Shown: positions 50,393 through 60,787 of the stretch, one piece after another
Layout of the letters: every line of letters begins with the position of its first letter
Numbering within the stretch: position 1 is the stretch's first letter
From: Eledone cirrhosa
Lineage: Eukaryota
DNA length: 64,000 nucleotides
Assembly: GCA_964016885.1 (NCBI GenBank)
Contig: OZ024741.1
Location: 398,598,001-398,662,000, forward strand
Direction: 5' to 3'
Made by a program: the position numbers and the translations under genes
The notes under the pieces: generated by a model
The model's input: only the letters and a program-made list of their open reading frames with translations
Databases searched by the model: none
Told to the model about the DNA's origin: nothing

Positions 50393-50610
50393 GGGCACTA
50401 CAACGCTATTAACTGTCAGTCGAAGCAGCCGATGAAAGCAAAACATCGTTTATTTCCGTATTACTACCACGCGTAAGTGGAGTTACTTAAATGAAATTTT
50501 TTTATTTTTTTCACGTGTTTTTTATTTTTTTTTTTATTAAAGCAAATAGATGTAAGTGGAGTTACTTACATGAAAATATAGGTGGCCCTTAAAAGGGCCA
50601 AATTAGAATA
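50393..50610. mobile_element. Second, one-ended copy of the same MITE
   Basis: GGGCACTACAACGCTATTAACTG start; shares TAGGTGGCCCTTAAAAGGGCCAAATTAGAA. Confidence 0.8.
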
Positions 50611-50667
50611 TACCGCTGCGTTTTTACAGTTTTACTAGTTACACATACACACACACATATATATATA

Positions 50668-50749
50668 CACACGGTGTCCCCTCCAACATATATACACACT
50701 TTGATTACTTTGCTGTTGAAGTGTATATACATTTTTTGGGACACTGTGT
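50668..50749. mobile_element. Tiny Tc1/mariner-type MITE remnant
   Basis: ACACGGTGTCCC...TATATACAC / GTGTATATA...GGGACACTGTGT inverted ends. Confidence 0.5.
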
Positions 50750-51183
50750 TTGTATATATATATATATTGGGGGAAGGGAGAAATTTTTGGATGCTATACC
50801 TGACATAATAAAAAACCAAAATACACCCCTAACATTTGTCGGAGTATCAATCACGAGAGTAGATAAATAAATATATAAATACATAAATAAGAAATGATAG
50901 AAAAGGAAAAGAAAATCCCTACATTATGTAATATTCCCAGTCACCCCTAAACTTTCCCTAAATTTCAAAACCGGGAGGGAAAAGTCCGAGGGTTAAAATC
51001 CCAAATGACGGTACCTCAAATACTAGTGTATCCCTTCGCATTACAGTTTAAAGCAATACATATGATCGCTTTGATGACTCTTATTCGTTTCTAAGGGTCT
51101 CGTTTTTTTCTCTTCTTTCTATCATATATATATATATTATGGAATACTGTTGGCTTTTTGGTACAATATTTTCTATACCTTTC

Positions 51184-51228
<45 letters not shown>

Positions 51229-51310
51229 AAAATCTTTCCCTCTGTCTATCTCTTTCCCTCTCTGTCTATCTTTTGCCATAAAAACGATAATGATAATCAA
51301 TTCAATTAAG

Positions 51311-51348
<38 letters not shown>

Positions 51349-51584
51349 AGTATTATTATTAAAATTAAATACCATTTATTCTGCGGCAGAGAGCTTCATC
51401 TTCTCCATCATTCGCTCCTCCAGAATCGTAGTACTCATCGTTATTGTATGTGTGTGTTTCTGCGTGTATATATATATATATATATATATATGTGGTGTGT
51501 ATTGTGTATATGTATATATGTTTACGATCGCCACTCTCGCCCTTTGTGAGGAGAATGCTGTGTACGTATTCACATATTTAGAGG

Positions 51585-51690
51585 TAATATCACGTGAACA
51601 CAATCACGTGACAAATCACATTATTCTTTCAAAAGGAAAGATGTGGCGCCATTTTTCTTTCAAAAGGAAAAGTTTGGCGTCAAAATTCTC
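51585..51690. promoter_or_regulatory. Candidate promoter motif cluster
   Basis: TCACGTGA at 51590-51597 and 51604-51611, YY1-like CGCCATTTT at 51647, E2F-like TTTGGCG at 51673. Confidence 0.35.
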
Positions 51691-52486
51691 TTAGTGTTGT
51701 CTGAAGCAGAGGAATCGGGGTTATTCCATTTCTGTCAACAACTTACTGGCGAAACAGATCTCTTTGGATTTGTACGTGTGTTATATAGTTATAGAGGTAT
51801 TTATTTACGCTTTAATTTATATTTTTAATTATCGTGTCTATAGTCTGCCTTTCATAGGTTATAGATTTCATACACTGGTAGTTTTTTCCCTGTTTTATTG
51901 ATAGCGCACTGTATATCTCTCTCTAGTGTGTTACCTTTTCAACATATTGTATTTTAAAGAGCTCAGGATTTCTTCTCCTTTGAGCAAATTATTTACAGGG
52001 AATGGCGAGGGTCTATGGCCCCGTTAATTTATCGTGATATTTCGCTCCTTATAACAGTCTTTCCTATCCCTCTGTTTGGTTGAGCACACTTCTCTGAGTG
52101 GTTTTGGGCTGCCCTTTCTAGCAGCTCGTCCCTCAGAGGCCACTGGTTCACTGCCCTTAAACACGCTGTGACTTCTCTCTCCCACGTGTAGCTGGACAGT
52201 CACTTTTAAAATTCTCTTAGTGCTGTCCGAAATGTATAGCCTTATACACGGTGAGGAACTGGGGTTATTCCATTTCTGTCAACAACTTACTGGCGAAACA
52301 GATCTCTTTGGATTTGTACGTGTGTTATATAGTTATACAGGTATTTATTTACGCTTTAATTTATATTTTTAATTATCGTGTCTATAGTCTGCCTCTCATA
52401 GGTTATAGATTCCATACACTGGTGGTTTTTCCCTATTTTATTGATAGCTCACTGTATATCTCTCTCTAGTGTGTTACCTTTTCAAC

Positions 52487-52491
<5 letters not shown>
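51682..52491. repeat. ~270-bp direct repeat pair (51682-51948, 52208-52491)
   Basis: AAAATTCTCTTAGTG...CCTTTTCAACATATT occurs twice. Confidence 0.85.
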
Positions 52492-52558
<67 letters not shown>

Positions 52559-52566
52559 TGTGTGTA

Positions 52567-52840
52567 TATATAATAATAAAGAAGAAAGACGGTATCACTT
52601 GTTTATCCCTATTTATTTTATTATACTTATTTTGAAGACATATGTCATTTGTATAATATCTGCCCTACGTGTTTTCTTCCGACAAAAATCCATGCACAAT
52701 GTAAATATCCGTTGATATGAGATATTCGTTGATATCCGTTGATATGAGAACACGTAGGGCAGATGTTATACAAATGAAATACGCATAATAAAATAAATAG
52801 GGATGGGCAAATGATACCGTCTTTCTTGTTTATTATTATA
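52567..52840. mobile_element. Foldback MITE with ~100-bp inverted arms
   Basis: TATAATAATAAA.AAGAAAGACGGTATCA...TCTGCCCTACGTGTT mirrored at 52748-52840. Confidence 0.75.
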
Positions 52841-52950
52841 ACCCGCCGAGGTTAACTTTGCCTTTCATCCTTATGGGGTCGATAAAATAAAGTACCAGTA
52901 ATACACTGGGTATTTGTTGACCTTGTGCCAAAGTAGAAACAATTATTATA
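52841..52950 (+). mobile_element. SINE fragment with Nin-domain-like core
   Basis: GCCTTTCATCCTT..GGGGTCGATAAAATAAAGTACCAGT; related sequence at 34525-34590. Confidence 0.55.
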
Positions 52951-53333
52951 ATAAAACTCCGGATAAACATAAACTGTTGATTGTTTGTCATCTCTTATGA
53001 AAGAGTCGGCAGATTTTCAATCAACCAACTTTCCTTAGTTGAATAAATATACGTATGTATATATATATACGTATATTTTCTTTAATATTGCAACATTAAA
53101 GGAATATATCCTTCTGAAAGAATCGCGAGCAATATATAATGTTATTTAAGCATTGGTAATGTTATTTATGTATATATTTAAAACATATTTGCTATGTTAT
53201 TCTACTGTAAATTTATTTATATGCTTTGTATATATTATATATACACAAATAATGAATCTGTATATTAAAACATTGTTTGTATTATTCAATCAGTTTATTG
53301 AACAACTAGAATGCTCATCGTCAAGTACTTTAT

Positions 53334-53399
<66 letters not shown>

Positions 53400-53788
53400 A
53401 TGAATCTCTATATATGTATATATATGTATGTATATCTATATATATGTGTGTGTATGTATATATATGTGTGTATGTATATATATGTGTGTGTATGCATATA
53501 TGTGTGTGTGTGTATGTATATATATATGTGTGTATGTATATATATGTATATATATATATGAATATAAATTAACGGAGCCATAGAGTCGCGTTATTCCCTG
53601 TAAATGATGTGCTCAAAGAGAAAGGAATCCTATACATATTGTATATGTATATATATATATGCATGTATATATATGTATATGTGTATATATATGCATGTAT
53701 ATGTGTATTTGTATATGTGTGTATGTATGTATATATATGAATGTATATATATATATATATATGTATGTGTATATATATAGATGTAATC

Positions 53789-54345
53789 TGAATAGTATGG
53801 TAGAATATTAAGTGTTAAATGTTAATTGAACAAGTACTTTCATGCTTTCGCAATCTTCAGGTTCATATTCTGTGGTGACAGTCAAGTTTGCAATTTTCAA
53901 CTGTAATGAGATGGGTAAATTTTGTGCCTTATATACAGTGAAAAGCGGCTACAGAATGCTAAATTTTGCAAACTGTATTTCGACCAATTGGTGTGTAGTT
54001 TCACTGGATTACTGAAGCTGATTGGTTTAGGCGTCATGGTTGGTTGAGCATGTCTAACGACTTCTATTTGGCTCTATCCAAAGCATCAATTGTTTTGCTA
54101 TTTTTAGAAATGATGTAAATAACATTTTCTAGGGTTTTTATACCCCTAAGAATTATTATTGTTCATTTAGCTATGAACCTGAAGATTGCGAAAGCATGAA
54201 ATTACTTGTTCAATTAACACTTAACACTTAATATTCTACCATACTATTTCATTCTAATACCATTATAATTTTAAAGGATTGTAAATAAAACGAGTAAATC
54301 AGACAAAGTTGGAATTCCTTTTATTAATATAATCTTCTATACACA
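53789..54345. mobile_element. Small Penelope-like element with inverted ~80-bp arms, each holding a hammerhead motif (53827-53865 -, 54174-54212 +)
   Basis: TGAAC CTGAAGA tTGC-GAAA-GCAt GAAA (G/T)TAC TT GTTCA in both arms; flanked by TA/TG microsatellites. Confidence 0.7.
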
Positions 54346-54358
54346 ATCATACACACCC

Positions 54359-54392
<34 letters not shown>

Positions 54393-55129
54393 CTTTTAAG
54401 CTATTTTGTAGTATCTCTGTTCAGGAACACACCACTTATATTAAATTTCTCTCCCTGGAGCTTTGTAAAAGTCTGAGAGATTCGCTACATATATGTTTTA
54501 TATATTTTTTTTTGTTTAGATGGAAGACAAAACAAAGAAGATGAATACAAAGATGAAGAAGATAAAGATAAAGATGAAGAACCTCACTGCACAACACCAC
54601 ACTGCACCGCACCACACTGCACCGCACTGCACCACATCACATCACACTTCACCACACCACATAAAAACATACAGCACTACACCACACTACTCCACACCAC
54701 ATAACACCACAACACAACACACCACACCTCACTATATCACAACACATAAAAACACACCACACTACTCCACACCACATAACACCCAACATTTTTTCCTCAT
54801 CTTTTTTTCATGTGTTATCAACTAATCTGATCTCCAAGATGTTTGTTATTGACTCTCTCTTCATGGAAAATTTAGGTGGATGCACTTCTCTCATTTAACC
54901 CCAGAGTTTTCTCTAAGATTTTTCGTATGTTATCAACGAATATGACCTCCAAACCAGTTGGAAATGATTAGTTCTTCTAGAAAAAAGGAGGGGTAAAGCA
55001 GGTGGAAAAAACCATTGTCGTTTTGTAGATATATACCCTAATGATTTTTCTTCGGCCTCCTTTTGAGTGCTATAAACTAATCTGACCTTTTAGTTGCTCT
55101 GAATCAATTTTTTTCCCCTGGGATTTGGA

Positions 55130-55492
55130 AACTAAAACTAAATTAAACATAAAATTAAATCTAGCCCCAACCCTAAACTCTAAATCTAAACCAAACCAAG
55201 CTAAATCTAAATATAAACATTACCCCAACCCTTAAACTAAACCCTAAACTATACCCCAACCATAAAACTAAACCCTAAACATTACCCCAACCCGAAAACT
55301 AAACCCTAAACTTTACCCCAAACCTAAAACTAAACCCTAAACTTTACCCCAACCCTAAAACTAAACTCTAAACTTTACCCCAACCCTAAAACTAGACCCT
55401 AAACATTACCCCAACCCTAAAACTAAACCCTAAACTTTACCCCAACCCTAAAACTAAACCCTAAACATTACCCCAACCCTAAACCTAACCCA
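55130..55492. repeat. 31-bp telomere-like minisatellite (ACCCCAACCCTAAAACTAAACCCTAAACTTT)n
   Basis: About nine clear units at 55221-55490. Confidence 0.9.
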
Positions 55493-55884
55493 GGGAAATA
55501 AGTTGATTGGAAGCATCTAGGAGGTCAGATTAATTAACAGCATAGTAAATAGCACAGGAAATATACCGAAAATGATTAAGTCCCACAACATGTGAGTGGG
55601 GTGTGGATCTGCAAAACTCTTCCCTTCTCCCTCTCCTCTTTCTCCAAAGCTAATTGTTTTTGACTGGTTTGGAAGTCATATTCACTGATAACGCATGAAA
55701 ATAGAATCAAAGAGAAAATTCCGAGTAAGCAGGGGTTATCCGGGTGAAGGGGGAACCACCTCACCCCGCCGTTTTCCTGGGGGTAAAAAGTCAGTTTCAA
55801 GCATCTAGGAGATTGGATTAGTTGATAGCACATCTCATCTCATCTCATCTCATCTCATCGCCTCGCCTCGCCTCAGCTCGCCTC

Positions 55885-56392
55885 ATTTCACCACGCCACA
55901 CCACATTTCACCACACCACACCACATTTCACCACGCCACACCAGATTTCACCACGCCACACCACATTTCACCACGCCACACCACATTTCACCACGCCACA
56001 CCATATTTCATCACATCACACCACATTTCACCACGCCACACCACATTTCACCACGCCACACCACATTTCACCACGCCACACCATATTTCATCACATCACA
56101 CCACATTTCACCACGCCACACCACATTTCACCACGCCACACCACATTTCACCACGCCACACCACATTTCACCACGCCACACCACATTTCACCACGCCACA
56201 CCATATTTCATCACATCACACCACATTTCACCACGCCACACCACATTTCACCACGCCACACCACATTTCACCACGCCACACCACATTTCATCACATCACA
56301 CCACATTTCACCACGCCACACCACATTTCACCACGCCACACCACATTTCACCACGCCACACCACATTTCATCACATCACATCACATTTCACC
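55885..56392. repeat. 20-bp minisatellite (CACCACGCCACACCACATTT)n
   Basis: About 25 tandem units. Confidence 0.95.
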
Positions 56393-56622
56393 ATGCTATC
56401 ACACCACATGCCATCACACCACATCCCACCACACTCCACTACACCATATCCCCCATCCTACATTGAACCACACTCCACTACACCACACCACTGTCCACTA
56501 CACTAAACCTCACTCCACTACACTACACCACAGTCCACTACACTAAACCACACTCCACTACACTACACCACACCACACTAAACCACACCACTGCCTATTC
56601 GACTGTTTTCTATTTCGTAGGT

Positions 56623-57588
56623 ATGTCCAGTTACAGTAAGAGAAAGAAAGTTATTTCAAAGGATGTGAGTAAGTAAACACTTCATTGACCATCATTTTAA
56701 GCAGAATCTCAGTGTAGTTTTAAATTGACCTTTTCATATGATTACACTTCAGTCTTAACTTAATCACCTGTAGATGGATGCTACATGTATTGTTAAAATT
56801 AGTTAAACACTGTTTCCCACTTCTCATTACATGTGGATGCTACATGTGTATTGTTAACATTAATCTAACGTTGTGTCCCCCCCCCCGCCTCACCATATCA
56901 TACCACACCACATCACACCATGTACCACACCAGACCACATAACACCATGCTATAGCATATATATATATATATATGAGCTCCCCACTCGTTATATTAACTG
57001 TATCTCTTCGGTGTTTCGTGAAAGTCTGAGAGATCAGCTATATATTTGTTTACAATTTTTTTATATTTAGATGGAAAAGAAGAAAAAGACGACGAAGCAG
57101 ACGACTAAAATGACAACAAAGACAAAGAAGACACGGGAAAAGAAGAAAGTATGATCTCAGTTCAGTCTAAACCTAATGATTTATAGATATGATCTTAGTT
57201 CAGTCTTAACCTAATGACCTGTAGATACGATCTATTTAGGTTTAACTTAAACATTCAAAGATATTTGTATATACTTTTGTTGATGTTTGACATTGGTTTT
57301 TAGTTATGAAATAGCTTATAAGCTACATTATAGGATCACAGTGCATGAGCACACTGCTCTTTAAATTAACTTTATCTCCTCACCACTTTGTAAAGTCTAA
57401 GAGATAGGCAACATATATGTTTTACATTCTTTGTTTTTGGTATTTAGATTAGAAGGCACAGAAGAAGTCAAAGGCACAGAAGAAGTCAAAGGCACAGAAG
57501 AAGTCAAAGGTACAGAAGCAGTCAAAGGCACAGAAGAAAACAAAGGCACAGAAGAAAACAAAGGCACAGAAGAAGACAAAGAAAATGA
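56623..57588 (+). CDS. Candidate spliced, highly basic protamine-like protein; exons 56623-56664, 57071-57148, 57448-57588 (86 aa)
   Basis: Two GT-AG phase-0 introns give one open frame ending IRRHRRSQRHRRSQ...RHRRRQRK*. Confidence 0.3.
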
Positions 57589-57939
57589 ACAAGAACAATT
57601 ATTATTACTATTATTATTGTTATTATTATTTGTATTATTATAATCAAACTAAGCCACACTACATCAACCTATACCATACCACACCACACTGACAAACATT
57701 ATACCATACCACATTATCCAACACCACACTACGAAACACTGTACGACCTCACATCAGACCATGCTATGAAACAATATACCATACTACACTATACAACAAT
57801 AGACAACACCACACAAGACTATGAAACACTATACTTTACCACACTATATCACACCACTCAAGTTAGAGAGGATCAACTTTTTTCCTGGAAAGTAGAAAAC
57901 CTAACTTTAAGCTAAAACCGAACTTTAAAAATAACTTAC

Positions 57940-59620
57940 CCTAACACTTGCACTCACACATGCTCTAACACTTGCACTCACACATGCTCTAACAGTGAAC
58001 TTAGCGCTAACATGAAAACTAACACAAACACAAAATCTGAAAACTAACATTAAATAGAAAACTAACACAAACACTAACCTGAACTCTAACACTAAAACTG
58101 ACACTAACACTAATCTGAACACCAGCACTAAAACTAACACTACCGTAAACACTAATACAAACACTAACACTAACCTGAACACTTACACTAAAACTAACAT
58201 TAGCACAAACATTAGCGTGAACACTAGCACTAAAACTAACACTACCATAAACACTAACACTGACCTGAGCACTAACACTAAAAGTAACACTAACACAAAC
58301 ACTAATCTGAAAACTGATACTAACCAGAAAACTAAGCTAACATTAACTTCAACACTAAAACAAACACTAACGCTAACAGAGATACTAACACAAATATTAA
58401 CACAAAAACAAACACTAACACAATCTCTAACACTAACCTCAACACTAACACTAAAACTAACATTAACTTGAACACTAACTCTAACCTGAAAACTAAGCTA
58501 ACATTAACCTGAACACTAACATAAACACTAATGCTAACACTAACAGAAATACTAATGCTAACATTAACGCTAACCTTAACACAAAAACAAAGACTAACGC
58601 TAACACAATCACTAACACTAATGGAAACATCAAACACTAATGCTAACAGAGATACTAACACAAATATTAACACAAAAACAAATACTAACACTAACCTTAA
58701 CACTAAAACTAATACTAACACTAACCTGAACACTTACACTAAAACTAACACTAACAGAGATACTAACACACATATTAACACAAAAAGAAACACTAACACA
58801 ATCTCTAACACTAAAACTAACATTAACTTGAACACTAACACTAACCTGAAAACTAAGCTAACATTAACACAAAAACAAAGACTAACGCTAACACAATCAC
58901 TAACACTAATGGAAACATCAATCACTAATACTAACAGAGATACTAACACAAATATTAACACAAAAACAAACACTAACACAATCTCTAACACTAACCTTAA
59001 CACTAAAACTAACATTAACACAAACACTAGCACTAAAACTAACACTATCATAAACAGTAACACAAACACTAACACTGATCTGAGCACTAACAGCAACACT
59101 AACACTACCATAAAAACTAACACTAACCTGAACACTAACACAAACACTAATCTGAAAACTGATACTAACCAGAAAACTAAGCTAACATTAACCTCAACAC
59201 TAAAACAAACACTAACATTAACAGAAAAACAAAGACTAGCACTAACACTAATGGAAACACTAACACAAACATTAACACAAAATAAAACACTAACACTAAT
59301 GGAAAAAATAACACTAAAACTAACACTACCGTAAACACTAACACTAACCTGAACACTAACACTAAAACTGACATTAACACGAACATTAACCTGAACACTA
59401 ACACTACCACTAAAACTAACACGACCATAAACCACTAACCTGAGCACTAACACTAAAAGTAACACGAGCCCTAACCTGAAAACTAACACTAACCAGAAAA
59501 CTAAGTCAACATTAACCTGAACACTAACACAAACACTAACACTAACCTGAACACTAACACTAACAAAAATGCTAACACTAATACAAAATCAAACACTAAA
59601 ACGAACACTAATGGAAACAC
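57940..59620. repeat. Degenerate hexamer satellite (AACACT)n with higher-order duplications
   Basis: Seen directly; it produces the TN- and LT-repeat ORFs. Confidence 0.92.
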
Positions 59621-60787
59621 TAACACTAACGCCAACGCTGACACTGACGAAGATGGCTATGCTGGCACAAACGCTAGCGCAAATGTTGACACAATAGCTT
59701 ACGCTGACACAAACACTAACGTGAATACTGATGCAGGTGCAAAGGCGAATGCTGAAAAAGACTCTGACGTACACGCTGATGTAAATGTTACACAGACTCT
59801 AACGCTGACGTGGACACTGACACAAATGCTCACGCTGATGCAAACACTAAAGCAAATGCAGACACTAATGCAAACACAGGCGCAAATGTTGATGCAGATG
59901 TTAAAGAAAACGCAAATGCTGACGCAAACGATGACAGCGATGCTAATGTGAACCTTAACGCAGACGTAAACATTGACGTAGAAGCTAAAGGAAACACTGA
60001 TGCAAACACTAATGAAAATGCTGACACAGACGCTAACACACGTTAACACAGATGCTAACGTAAACACTGACGCAGATGCTAATATAAACACTGACGCAGA
60101 CGCTAACATAAACGCTGACACAGATGCTAACACACGTTGACACAGACGCTAACGTAAACGATGACGCAGACGCTAATGTAAACGATGACGTAGAAACTAA
60201 CGTAAACGCTGACACAGACGCAAATGTAAACGCTGACGCTGATGTAGATGTAAATACAGACGCTGACGTAGAAGCTAACACAAACGGTGACACAGACACT
60301 AATGTAAGCGCTGACGTAGAAGCTAATGTAGACGCTGACGTAGAAGCTAACAAAACGCTGACGTAGTTGTTAACGTAGATGCAGGCGTAGACATTAGCGT
60401 TTACCCTTACCGCCGAAGCTGATCTCCAAAACGCAATTGCTGATGCGGATTGCTAAAGCCAAAGCCAAGCTAACGCTGACGTAAATGTTGAGGCAGTTTT
60501 GCCGGCGCTGACGTGTATGCTGACGCTAACGCAAATGCTGATGCGGACGCTAGGGCTAAGGCTAACGCTAACGCTGACGCAAATGCTGAAGTTAACGCTT
60601 ACATGGGATATGCAGACGCTGCAATGATGCGAACGCCACAGGAAAGGTTAATGGAAACGCCAATGCTAACGGAAACGCTGACGTAGACGTTACGGAAACG
60701 CTGACGTAGAAGCTAACGTAAACGCTGACACAGACGCTAACGTAAACACTGACGTTAACTGAAACGCTGACGCTGATGTAGATGTAA
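59620..60787 (+). repeat. Hexamer-periodic GC-richer repeat (AACGCT/GACGCA/GACGTA)
   Basis: Reads as A/D/N/V dipeptides in broken frames. Confidence 0.7.

Noticed and set aside
52090-52140. Hammerhead-like three-way junction on the minus strand
   Set aside because: Both core motifs are wrong (GGACGA, CAAAA), and the segment resembles another repeat at 24330-24390.
55130-55492. True telomere or chromosome fusion site
   Set aside because: It is a 31-bp composite unit rather than pure (TTAGGG)n, and lies inside a repeat element.
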